Under the pieces are notes generated by a model. The model had not been told where the DNA came from. It was given only the letters and a program-made list of their open reading frames with translations, and made no database searches. Shown piece by piece: positions 1-8,108 of a stretch of 33,198 nt of DNA. A program made the translations under genes and the position numbers. Source of the DNA: a virus (taxonomy: Duplodnaviria; Caudoviricetes); IMG/VR virus record IMGVR_UViG_3300004112_000013, positions 1 to 33,198 of that record; one strand, given 5' to 3'. Each line of letters starts with the position of its first letter. Position 1 is the first letter of the stretch.

Positions 1-1
1 A

Positions 2-211
2 AACTTTACACTATCTCAAAACAGAACATTCTTTTTAAACGAGAACGGTATGATAACAAACGATTCCAGCAAAGCTACAATAAAGGTAGAATACATCGTA
101 GACAAATCAAATAATTTTAATATGATTGATGCTACGTTTATATGGCCACCCAATGCTCCAGATGATTCTCCAGTAAGACGAGAGCTATGGTTTAAGACTG
201 GTTATTTGTAA
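2..211 (+). CDS. 3' end of a CDS truncated by the window edge (hypothetical protein)
   Basis: Frame 2 is open from the window start to TAA at 209-211: ...RTFFLNENGMITNDSSKATIKVEY...ATFIWPPNAPDDSPVRRELWFKTGYL*. Not in the ORF track. Confidence 0.6.
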   Translation, partial: NFTLSQNRTFFLNENGMITNDSSKATIKVEYIVDKSNNFNMIDATFIWPPNAPDDSPVRRELWFKTGYL

Positions 212-215
212 TAAT

Positions 216-374
216 ATGAGCAGACAACTTAAATTCCGAGTAGATTATATGCACTTTTTTGAGGTGGTTGGTAATATATTTGGATTGCCTTGCAATCCAG
301 ATCACAATGGAGAATGTTTAGTTTGCGATGAATGGCTAGATGGTTGTCCTTTTAATACAAATGAACAAAAATAA
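216..374 (+). CDS. 52-aa YopX-like mini-protein (internally collapsed) with Cys/His-rich tail
   Basis: Manual translation MSRQLKFRVDYMHFFEVVGNIFGLPCNPDHNGECLVCDEWLDGCPFNTNEQK*. It carries both YopX end motifs (KFR and EVVGNI) only a few residues apart. Below the ORF-track length cutoff. Confidence 0.55.
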   Translation: MSRQLKFRVDYMHFFEVVGNIFGLPCNPDHNGECLVCDEWLDGCPFNTNEQK

Positions 375-684
375 ATTTAGAATTTGGAATCATAAACACA
401 AGCAATTCCAAGAAACGGATTTGCTGCAAAGACAGCAGCAGTTCATTGGCATCTTGGATAAAAATATGCGAGAGATTTATGAAAGAGATGTTGTAAGATA
501 CTTTACTCTTAATGGAGAAGAAATTGGTGAAGTTAGATATAGCACAGACTCTTGTGCATATTATATCAATGATTGCCCAATCATGAATTTAGATCTTGCT
601 TCTTTAGAAATTGTCGGTAATATGGTTGAAGATTATATGTGGGATGAAAGTGGAGAAAGACTTGTAAAAATAAAAAATCTATGA
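361..684 (+). CDS. yopX: YopX family protein
   Basis: Likely start ATG 361 (track starts at 340). MNKNKFRIW...QQFIGILDKNMREIYERDVV...LEIVGN matches the YopX pattern KFRAW / QxTGLxDKNGxEIYEGDI / EVIGN. Confidence 0.8.
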   Translation: MNKNKFRIWNHKHKQFQETDLLQRQQQFIGILDKNMREIYERDVVRYFTLNGEEIGEVRYSTDSCAYYINDCPIMNLDLASLEIVGNMVEDYMWDESGERLVKIKNL

Positions 685-977
685 AAACTCCATCACTTAA
701 ACAAAAAGTAGAAATGTACGAGAACTTTCTACACAAGATCAATATCTTTATAATTTCGGGTAATAATGATGGCATCAGAGAGCTTGTGAATAATGCTGAT
801 AATTGGTCTTATGCACACCGAAGTGGAGAGTTTTTAACAGACAAACAAAGACAGAAAATGATAAATGATATGTTTCAGAAACTTTGCGATACCCCAAACA
901 CCGATAAAATTACTAAAGAGAGACAGAAGGCATGGACAGAGCAGGCTAAACAAAAAGAACAAGCATTTTTAAAATGA
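681..977 (+). CDS. hypothetical phage protein
   Basis: 98-aa ORF with ATGA overlaps to both neighbours. Confidence 0.75.
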   Translation: MKTPSLKQKVEMYENFLHKINIFIISGNNDGIRELVNNADNWSYAHRSGEFLTDKQRQKMINDMFQKLCDTPNTDKITKERQKAWTEQAKQKEQAFLK

Positions 978-1384
978 GTCCAGAATTAATTAAAATAACT
1001 AAAAAAGTAGATACTTTCAGGGAAATTCTAAAGCAACATGGATTTGAAACTTTGGAATGCTTTTGGTACACCGATGGTTTTTATTCCAGCAATTGGAAGG
1101 ATATGTCTGTTGCTAATGAAGAACCAGATAGAGAATATCATTCTAATTGGTGGCAATTTGGTTTTAAAAGCCAGAACGTAAAAAATAAAAGAATTCATTT
1201 GGAAGCAATTATTCCGATAGCGGAAGATTATTTTACATTTGAGTTGAGATACTATCCAGAAGTAAGATTACACGATGAACCAAAATATTCTGGACCAACT
1301 GCTAGATTGGAAGTTTCTGGAATACATGAAAAACATCTAACAGACCTGCAAAAGTATATAAATTATCTATTAAACATAACATGA
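974..1384 (+). CDS. hypothetical phage protein
   Basis: 136-aa ORF, ATGA-coupled on both sides. Confidence 0.75.
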   Translation: MSPELIKITKKVDTFREILKQHGFETLECFWYTDGFYSSNWKDMSVANEEPDREYHSNWWQFGFKSQNVKNKRIHLEAIIPIAEDYFTFELRYYPEVRLHDEPKYSGPTARLEVSGIHEKHLTDLQKYINYLLNIT

Positions 1385-1797
1385 ATGACCATCAAAAAAA
1401 TTTACAAAAGATTAAAAATCTGACTGCTGAGTTAGCAGAATGTATGAAATTTAACGAGTACGAAAACTTCCCATCTCCTTATACAGCAGAAGATGATCCT
1501 GAAGTTGATTACGTTGTCGATAGGAGATGGACTTATTTAAAACGAAATAGCACATACCCTGTTTTTAAAAAAGGACGTTATAGCCAACTTCCTTATGATT
1601 GCAAGCAAATTGTAGATGATATTGTTAACTCTTCTCAACTTGAAGTATTCAAACAGTGGGACAAAAATTTCAGAAGAAAGTATTACACAAAAGCAATTCT
1701 CATGGCTTATGATTTAGGCAAAGAAAACAACAAAAACATCTTCACAATAATTAGGGGTTGGTTTTATAGTTTAGCTAAATACAGAACGCATTATTAA
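1381..1797 (+). CDS. hypothetical phage protein
   Basis: 138-aa ORF, ATGA-coupled to the upstream gene. Confidence 0.75.
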   Translation: MNDHQKNLQKIKNLTAELAECMKFNEYENFPSPYTAEDDPEVDYVVDRRWTYLKRNSTYPVFKKGRYSQLPYDCKQIVDDIVNSSQLEVFKQWDKNFRRKYYTKAILMAYDLGKENNKNIFTIIRGWFYSLAKYRTHY

Positions 1798-1832
1798 TAA
1801 CACTCAGCAAATAAAAAAAACTGAACAAACGC

Positions 1833-2066
1833 ATGACTCCTTCAAATTACGCAACATATTTGAACACAAAAGTTGGAGATAAAATTGTATTCAAAAAATC
1901 TACTCCGCATTGGTTTACCAACAGAATTAAAAATGCAGAAAAGCTTGTTTCCGGAAAAACTTATACTGTTAAGGAAATAATCGTAGCTTCTTCTTCAACT
2001 GGGGTTGTGTTAGAAGAAACAAACGAAGAAGTAGAATTGCTGTGGTTTGATATTATAAAAAAATAA
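1833..2066 (+). CDS. hypothetical phage protein (small, beta-rich)
   Basis: 77-aa ORF with KVGDKIVF...LVSGKTYTVKEI, typical of small SH3-like phage proteins; co-oriented with the cluster. Confidence 0.7.
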   Translation: MTPSNYATYLNTKVGDKIVFKKSTPHWFTNRIKNAEKLVSGKTYTVKEIIVASSSTGVVLEETNEEVELLWFDIIKK

Positions 2067-2087
2067 TCAGAGCACGATTGTATATAG

Positions 2088-2116
2088 AGTCTCTACAAGT
2101 CTTATTTGTAGAGACT
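2088..2116. other. intergenic inverted repeat / hairpin (11-bp perfect stem, 7-nt loop)
   Basis: AGTCTCTACAA-gtcttat-TTGTAGAGACT; no U-tract follows on either strand. Confidence 0.7.
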
Positions 2117-2150
2117 GGAGTGTTTGGTTCAGTATATATTTAAAATAAAC

Positions 2151-2178
2151 TTGACACATTTGCAAATTAGTGTATGCT
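2151..2178 (+). promoter_or_regulatory. sigma70-type (early) promoter candidate
   Basis: TTGACA (2151-2156), 16-nt spacer, TATGCT (2173-2178), AT-rich upstream tract. The spacer contains the palindrome ATTTGCAAAT (2158-2167). Confidence 0.55.
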
Positions 2179-2224
2179 AATCAAGCAACAAAAAGAACAC
2201 ACTGTTTTTATCAGTTTTTTAAAA

Positions 2225-2602
2225 ATGAAAAGCCCCACTAATAATATTTTGCTCTGGAAACAAAAATGGCTAGATGACAAATCTGGATATTGGTATGAAG
2301 CCAAAGTTCCTATACTCAAATGGGAGTACATTATCGAAGAACCGTATACTCATAAAAACACAAGTAACGCGCCAAAAAAATGTAATTTTGAAGCTAAGGT
2401 GTTTTACTCTAAGTTTGACGACGATGCTTCTCGTCTAACAAAACAAACGTACACTTCCATTGCAAGTGCAAAAAACGCATGTGAAAAGCATTTAATCAAC
2501 ACATCGAAAAATCTTAACAAGTGGCTAAATAAAAATTATGACAACAAACAAAGCAACAATAAACGGTCTACTCGACGGAATATCGGTGATCGAAAAAGAT
2601 AA
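2225..2602 (+). CDS. hypothetical phage protein
   Basis: The track start at 2174 falls inside the putative -10 box, so the in-frame ATG 2225 (MKSPTNN...) is preferred. Confidence 0.7.
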   Translation: MKSPTNNILLWKQKWLDDKSGYWYEAKVPILKWEYIIEEPYTHKNTSNAPKKCNFEAKVFYSKFDDDASRLTKQTYTSIASAKNACEKHLINTSKNLNKWLNKNYDNKQSNNKRSTRRNIGDRKR

Positions 2603-2753
2603 TGCTGTTATTTTAACAGCAGCCTCATTCAATGAACAAGAACCTTTTTGCGCTTGTTGTTCAGAGCACGTTAATAAAAATGTTACTCTCTCTGAGTTTT
2701 GGCCTCAAGATTTTGGAGAGCCAATTACTTTGATGAGCAACGCAACAATTTAA
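2538..2753 (+). CDS. hypothetical protein with CACC motif
   Basis: 71-aa ORF overlapping the low-complexity tail of the upstream ORF. Confidence 0.55.
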   Translation: MTTNKATINGLLDGISVIEKDNAVILTAASFNEQEPFCACCSEHVNKNVTLSEFWPQDFGEPITLMSNATI

Positions 2754-2783
2754 TTTACTTAACATTTACTACATCAACAATAA

Positions 2784-2984
2784 ATGAACAACTGGAAGCA
2801 TGATCTGACTTGTCTTTTAGAACAAGATACGTCTCTACAAGAAAGTAAAATTTTAACAATGCTCCCGCACGAATTGCGCGAAACGTGGGAAAATTTCATG
2901 AGAGGAAAAACATGTCCTATTTTAAATTCTGGTGATCACGGAGTTTATAGTTGGGATTTAAAACAATTTTTACAGAAAGTATAA
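2784..2984 (+). CDS. hypothetical phage protein
   Basis: 66-aa ORF, co-oriented, fills the gap between neighbours. Confidence 0.7.
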   Translation: MNNWKHDLTCLLEQDTSLQESKILTMLPHELRETWENFMRGKTCPILNSGDHGVYSWDLKQFLQKV

Positions 2985-2992
2985 CACTGTCT

Positions 2993-3613
2993 ATGAATAA
3001 AGAAAAATTTTCTGCCCTAAATCATTGTTTAAATCTTTCTTTTGAAGAAGAAAAACAAGGATTATTAACTCAAATTCGAAAGCGCTTGTTTGAAAAGCTT
3101 GGGATTTGGGATATTTTTGATTTAGTTCCTTATCGTTGGAGAATGTATTATTACGACTTCATAAAACCTATCTTTAAACCGCACAATAGCAGAATTAGAA
3201 AGTCTATTCCGAAAACATGGTCTGATGTTTCTCATTTAATTGTTCAAGTAAATTTCGAATTTATTAAATCTTTTTATGAAGAGGAATTTAAAGCAGATAT
3301 TGTAGATTGGACTGCTACAGAAGAACATAAAGAATTCAGCGAATGGTTGGAGCAAGCATATCAATACGTTACTAAATTAAGACCAACGTTGGAAAAAGAG
3401 CTGGAAAACTCTTATCCGCCATCGAAACCATTTGAAGAGATGTTCAAGCAAACACTAGACAAACACGGCAAAACATGTTACCAGCTTATAGACGACGGTA
3501 TTCCTTATGAAGTTAAGTATGCAGATGTTAACAGAATAGAAAAACAAATTGACGATCGCGACACTGAAATTTTAACAGAAATAATCAAGCGAAGAATGTA
3601 CTTTTGGACATAA
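2993..3613 (+). CDS. hypothetical phage protein
   Basis: In-frame ATG 2993, 8 nt after the upstream stop, is preferred over the track's TTG 2951; helical protein ending ...EIIKRRMYFWT. Confidence 0.75.
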   Translation: MNKEKFSALNHCLNLSFEEEKQGLLTQIRKRLFEKLGIWDIFDLVPYRWRMYYYDFIKPIFKPHNSRIRKSIPKTWSDVSHLIVQVNFEFIKSFYEEEFKADIVDWTATEEHKEFSEWLEQAYQYVTKLRPTLEKELENSYPPSKPFEEMFKQTLDKHGKTCYQLIDDGIPYEVKYADVNRIEKQIDDRDTEILTEIIKRRMYFWT

Positions 3614-3615
3614 TA

Positions 3616-3915
3616 ATGAATTTCATCCAATTTAAAACCCTAATTGAGAAGCTAGAAAAGGTTAGAGATAGATCTCACACTGCCTATCAACTCGGAGTAG
3701 ACTTGATGAATTACGATGAACTGTTTCACGCTACTATAACAATTCTAATCGAATCAGTATTTCAAAGTGAAGGTCAGGAATGGATTAATTGGTATCTTTA
3801 CGAAAAGATTGGGTTTGATGGCAAAGTTCTTCAAGCGTGGGATGAAAACGATATTGAAATTTGTCAAAACGTCGAGTCGCTCTGGGAAACAGTTAAACCT
3901 TATAGAAAACAATGA
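3616..3915 (+). CDS. hypothetical phage protein
   Basis: ATG 3616 directly after the upstream TAA; contains EWINWYLYE...ESLW, a pattern seen in small phage proteins. Confidence 0.75.
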   Translation: MNFIQFKTLIEKLEKVRDRSHTAYQLGVDLMNYDELFHATITILIESVFQSEGQEWINWYLYEKIGFDGKVLQAWDENDIEICQNVESLWETVKPYRKQ

Positions 3916-4193
3916 GTGAGTTCACAGAAGCCAAAAAAACAACATTAGACTTAAAAGTCGAGCAAAAATACGGCAATATTCTTAAAAAATTCAGGATACT
4001 CCACTGTAATTGGGAAATGGATAGCATCGGGTACGTTGTAAACAATGGCTCCAAACGTATCTTAGTTACTACAAATCACGGCAGATTAACCGAATTAAGC
4101 TCTAATTATCTCAAACACAAAATTAAGGAGTATAGCGATGCAATTGAAGAAACTAAAGAGGCTATTCACACTATTGAAAATGGAACCTACTAA
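3912..4193 (+). CDS. hypothetical phage protein
   Basis: 93-aa ORF with ATGA overlap. Confidence 0.75.
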   Translation: MSEFTEAKKTTLDLKVEQKYGNILKKFRILHCNWEMDSIGYVVNNGSKRILVTTNHGRLTELSSNYLKHKIKEYSDAIEETKEAIHTIENGTY

Positions 4194-4449
4194 ATATAAA
4201 TTCGTAGAAACAATTGGGTGCACAGCTTTTGATTTTTCTATAAACGAAAAATCAATTTCTGAACACAAAGAACAAGAACTAGATGAGATTTTAGATTATC
4301 TTTTTTTAAAAGCTAAAGAAGGTATAAAAGATAACACTATACTTTTTCAAAACGTTGTGCAACTGTTTCAACCTGACGATTGGGAACATGATTCTAATAT
4401 ATGCGAGCAGTGCGGTGATAGTGTAAGCACTACTATTTGGAATATATAA
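4180..4449 (+). CDS. hypothetical protein with C-terminal CxxC
   Basis: In-frame ATG 4180 (MEPTKYKF...) preferred over 4138; ends ...ICEQCGDSVSTTIWNI. Confidence 0.7.
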   Translation: MEPTKYKFVETIGCTAFDFSINEKSISEHKEQELDEILDYLFLKAKEGIKDNTILFQNVVQLFQPDDWEHDSNICEQCGDSVSTTIWNI

Positions 4450-4479
4450 AGTTATTTGTCTTAATTATTTTTTCCAAAT

Positions 4480-5055
4480 ATGATTAATAAAATTAAAATA
4501 ACAAATTTAGCTGATGCTGAGAGTTATAGTTACAACATGAATGACAGAGACTGCGATGTTTGGGTTTCTGTTGTTGGGAGTGAAGACAAAAAGCAAATCA
4601 ATAGAATGAGAAAAAACTTCCAACAAAAGAATGTTAATTTTTTTGCGCAGTTCTTTGCTGATTGGTCTGACGAGGATGGTCTGCAGTGGGGGCATTTGAG
4701 ACAAGAAGCTCCACAAAAACAACACATACAAAATATTATTACTTTTTTAAAGCCTTTCGTGGAAGATAAAAAGCCTCACAGTTTAGGTGTAAATTGTTTC
4801 GCTGGCATATCTAGATCGACAGCCATTGGAATCACAGCCTTAGTCATGGCTGGTAGAACAACAGAACAGGCACTAAACGAAATTTTAAAAGTCAGAGCAA
4901 TAGCTTGGCCAAACTTGAGAATTTTAGGCTTCGCAACAGATATTCTTGGAGTAGACATGCACAGCTACATAGCGCAATGGAAAAGGGATTGCTTAAATTC
5001 TGAAAAGCTTTTTTTCCCACCTGACAGACTACAGCAACCGAAGTCCACAGATTAA
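4480..5055 (+). CDS. cysteine-dependent phosphatase (PTP/dual-specificity fold, CX5R)
   Basis: Signature VNCFAGISRSTA (Cys106-X5-Arg112), upstream acidic loop FADWSDED, downstream VRAIAWPNLRI. Confidence 0.85.
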   Translation: MINKIKITNLADAESYSYNMNDRDCDVWVSVVGSEDKKQINRMRKNFQQKNVNFFAQFFADWSDEDGLQWGHLRQEAPQKQHIQNIITFLKPFVEDKKPHSLGVNCFAGISRSTAIGITALVMAGRTTEQALNEILKVRAIAWPNLRILGFATDILGVDMHSYIAQWKRDCLNSEKLFFPPDRLQQPKSTD

Positions 5056-5097
5056 GCTTGACTACTGTCGCTTTTTGTTTGAATATACCTTTCTTAT

Positions 5098-5796
5098 ATG
5101 ATTGCTTTAAATAACACTAAACCTTTGCTGTTTTTAGGAGATCACCATGGTTCTTGGAATTTCGTTTTTGATGTTATAAGATCTAAAGGCATAAAAGATA
5201 GCTATATAATTTGTGTTGGAGATGGTGGACACGGATTTCGGTCAAAAGAAAACGAAATCAAACAAACCGAAAAGTTAAATAATTTATTTAAGGAACATAA
5301 CATAGAGTATAAAAGCATAAGAGGAAACCACGATGATCCAGCTTACTTCAAAGGAGGTAATAGAATTCGTTTAAGCAATTTTGAATTAATTGAAGATTAT
5401 ACTGTATATAAATATAATTCTAAAAGTTTTCAATTTATTGGTGGTGCTATATCTATAGATAGGACTGGTAGAAATTTCGGAACTTCATATTGGGAAGAGG
5501 AGCGTGTAGTCTTCCACAAAGACTCTTGTAAAAAGGTTGATGTATTAGTAACTCACACAGCTCCATCTCACTGCTTTCCTCAACAATTTAATGAAATGGT
5601 ATACGGTTGGGCAAGAGAAGATGCTTATTTATTGGAAGATCTTACAGATGAAAGATCTGTAATGGACGAAATTTTCAAACTATGCAATCCAGCATTTCAT
5701 TTATACGGCCACTTTCATTCCAGCTGTACGGAAAGAGTAAATGGTTGCGTCTCTAAACTTTTAGATATTAACGAATTTTGGGAATATAGAGAGTAA
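5098..5796 (+). CDS. calcineurin-like metallophosphoesterase
   Basis: All five motifs present: GDHHG, VGDGG, RGNHDD, THTAP, YGHFH. Confidence 0.9.
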   Translation: MIALNNTKPLLFLGDHHGSWNFVFDVIRSKGIKDSYIICVGDGGHGFRSKENEIKQTEKLNNLFKEHNIEYKSIRGNHDDPAYFKGGNRIRLSNFELIEDYTVYKYNSKSFQFIGGAISIDRTGRNFGTSYWEEERVVFHKDSCKKVDVLVTHTAPSHCFPQQFNEMVYGWAREDAYLLEDLTDERSVMDEIFKLCNPAFHLYGHFHSSCTERVNGCVSKLLDINEFWEYRE

Positions 5797-5797
5797 A

Positions 5798-6892
5798 ATG
5801 AAGGTACAGTTACCACTAGAAGAAGAACATTTCAACGTTGTTCCAAATCAGTTTTGTGGGTTGGATTGTTATTTAACAACGCCAAAAATGGACGCAAAGT
5901 GGAATAAAAATAATTTATTTTATCGTTCTTTGATTACAGACAAAGAAGGTTATGTATTATCTTGCGGCTTTCCTAAGTTTTTCAATTATAATGAAAATCC
6001 ACATTGCTATCCAAACCCAGCAGATTTTAATGACTGGAAATTAGAAGATAAGATAGATGGTTCTCTTCTTATAGCAGACCATATTAATGGTCAGTTCTCA
6101 ATGAGAACGAGAGGTACCGTTTCTTATACTCTTCAAGAAAACGCTAAAGATTTTGAATTGTTACCTGAAAAATATCCAAAGATGGTTGAGTTTTTGAAAG
6201 AAAATTCACACCTTAGTCTTTTATTTGAAATCGTAACACCCAATAATGTTATTGTAGTTCGACCAAAACAAATCGAATTTTATCTTATCGGTGCGATTAA
6301 TAAAAACGGGATGTGCATTGTTTCTTCGTCGAATTTGATTGATATATGGAGAAACGTCGGTCAAATGCCAACACCACAAATTTATAATTTTTTAAATACA
6401 ACCGATCTTGCTAAAATAGCAGGGACTATAAAACATTGGAAGGGTAAAGAAGGAATCGTTGTCTCTTACAACAACGGACAAAATAGAATTAAACTAAAAT
6501 CAGATTGGTATCTATTTATTCACAGAGTAAAATCTCAATTAAATTCTCAAAATAATTTAATTGAATACTATGTTAGTTCTAAAATGCCTTGTTACCAAGA
6601 TTTTTATAAAAAAATAGAAACGGAGTTTGATTTTGAAATCGCTCTGCAGTTAAAAGACGAAATACAAAAAATTTGTAATGCAGGCGAAAAAGCTCAAAAA
6701 TTTGTTGATGACATCATGGAAATGGTACATGATATTAGAAAGGTTGAAACCAGAAAACAACAAGCAGAAATGATAAAAAGATCATATTCTATAAACTCTT
6801 CTTACGCGTTTTCTGTTCTTGACAATAAGACTATAACAGACATACAATGGATAAAGCTAATAACACAAAAAATCGAAGCAGAAAAAACCTAA
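5798..6892 (+). CDS. rnl1: T4 Rnl1-like ATP-dependent RNA ligase
   Basis: FPKFFN, motif I EDKIDGS (Lys85), RTRG, motif III LFEIV, motif IV EGIVV, motif V IKLKSDWY, helical C-terminal domain; 364 aa is similar in size to T4 Rnl1. Confidence 0.9.
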   Translation: MKVQLPLEEEHFNVVPNQFCGLDCYLTTPKMDAKWNKNNLFYRSLITDKEGYVLSCGFPKFFNYNENPHCYPNPADFNDWKLEDKIDGSLLIADHINGQFSMRTRGTVSYTLQENAKDFELLPEKYPKMVEFLKENSHLSLLFEIVTPNNVIVVRPKQIEFYLIGAINKNGMCIVSSSNLIDIWRNVGQMPTPQIYNFLNTTDLAKIAGTIKHWKGKEGIVVSYNNGQNRIKLKSDWYLFIHRVKSQLNSQNNLIEYYVSSKMPCYQDFYKKIETEFDFEIALQLKDEIQKICNAGEKAQKFVDDIMEMVHDIRKVETRKQQAEMIKRSYSINSSYAFSVLDNKTITDIQWIKLITQKIEAEKT

Positions 6893-7620
6893 AACACACA
6901 AGAATTAGCATAGAATTCGACGCTGATCATTTGCTTGTTCTTATTTCTGCATTAGAAACATATTCTCGCCTTCAGTCTGGGCAAATTAGTATGGCCATGG
7001 ATACTGTCTATGCTGATAGAAATCTCAGCTGGGACGAAAGACAACATATCGAAGGCACTATTAGATATATGGCTTTTCCTGCTAACCCTAGAAGAGAATA
7101 TGATGGTCATGGTGGTTTTTTCGATCAATATAATAATGAGTACGATGAATCAGGCAATATTGTAAAAGAAAGTGAAGACTGGAAGAGTAAGAAAAATAGA
7201 CCTCATCTTGATCATGCAAACTCTTCTTTTGGTGTCGGTTGCCCAGAGATGAGTAGCGGAACTGCTGCATGGGAAATCAAGAAAGCAATAGAGGAATATC
7301 TACACTACCAACGAAATCAAGGATGCCGTGACATGGGGGTAGATGGAGATGGCGTTCTCAATATTACGGGTATTCCTAACGCTAAAATAATTGACCCACA
7401 AACAAAAAAATATTGGAAGCCAGAAAAATGGTTCCGTCTGCCCAAAAATCTTAATTTAAAAATTAAAAAGGCCATTTCTCAAAAAAACTTTTCTAAACTT
7501 TGGGAAATTGTAGATACCGCCTTTAAAAAAAACCCTTTGCCGATAGGAAGTAGCACTAAAATTGTTAAAAAGCAATCTTGTTATTTTGCAGTAGTATCTA
7601 AGCCTTACAAGCCTTTATAA
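6847..7620 (+). CDS. hypothetical phage protein
   Basis: 257-aa ORF overlapping the ligase 3' end; no recognised motif. Confidence 0.75.
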   Translation: MDKANNTKNRSRKNLKHTRISIEFDADHLLVLISALETYSRLQSGQISMAMDTVYADRNLSWDERQHIEGTIRYMAFPANPRREYDGHGGFFDQYNNEYDESGNIVKESEDWKSKKNRPHLDHANSSFGVGCPEMSSGTAAWEIKKAIEEYLHYQRNQGCRDMGVDGDGVLNITGIPNAKIIDPQTKKYWKPEKWFRLPKNLNLKIKKAISQKNFSKLWEIVDTAFKKNPLPIGSSTKIVKKQSCYFAVVSKPYKPL

Positions 7621-7632
7621 CTAATTACATTA

Positions 7633-7818
7633 ATGGCAACAAATGTTATTTTTTCTACAACACAAGCTGGCGATTGCTCTAGAACAAATCGCTCAAGCTT
7701 CGTTCAAGATAATTGTTCAAACCATCGTGATTGCTCGCAATTTAAACTGACTACAGAAGAGTTAAATGAGTTACTAAACTCTGTCATTACAGACGAATAT
7801 GGGTTTATACTAGGTTAA
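7633..7818 (+). CDS. small hypothetical protein
   Basis: 61-aa ORF with TAATTA 5 nt upstream of the ATG. Confidence 0.55.
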   Translation: MATNVIFSTTQAGDCSRTNRSSFVQDNCSNHRDCSQFKLTTEELNELLNSVITDEYGFILG

Positions 7819-7856
7819 GCATTTAATTTAACTTGCTTTACATTAAGTATCTATCA

Positions 7857-8108
7857 ATGAGTTTAGCAATTAAAATTGATTCGACAAAAAATAAGGGAGC
7901 TTTAGAATTTCAAGCTCAATTTTCATTTATTAACGAAAACAACGAGCAGTTGTTAGTGTCAGTAGAGGGTCAAAACAATACACGCAAATTAATCACCACA
8001 AAAAAAGACGAATATTATTCTCTCACACGTTCGGATTTAAATATTTTAATAAAAACCGCTAAAGAATTGATACAAGATGCTGAGAGGGCTTTGTTTTTAT
8101 CAAAGTGA
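7857..8108 (+). CDS. hypothetical protein
   Basis: ATG 7857 preferred over TTG 7833; TAAGTA (7844-7849) lies 7 nt upstream; 3' end overlaps clpC convergently. Confidence 0.65.
   Translation: MSLAIKIDSTKNKGALEFQAQFSFINENNEQLLVSVEGQNNTRKLITTKKDEYYSLTRSDLNILIKTAKELIQDAERALFLSK

Noticed and set aside
2088-2116. Rho-independent terminator
   Set aside because: Good stem but no U-tract on either strand; kept only as a hairpin
5058-5089. sigma70 promoter before the metallophosphoesterase (TTGACT)
   Set aside because: No convincing -10 hexamer at 16-18 nt spacing
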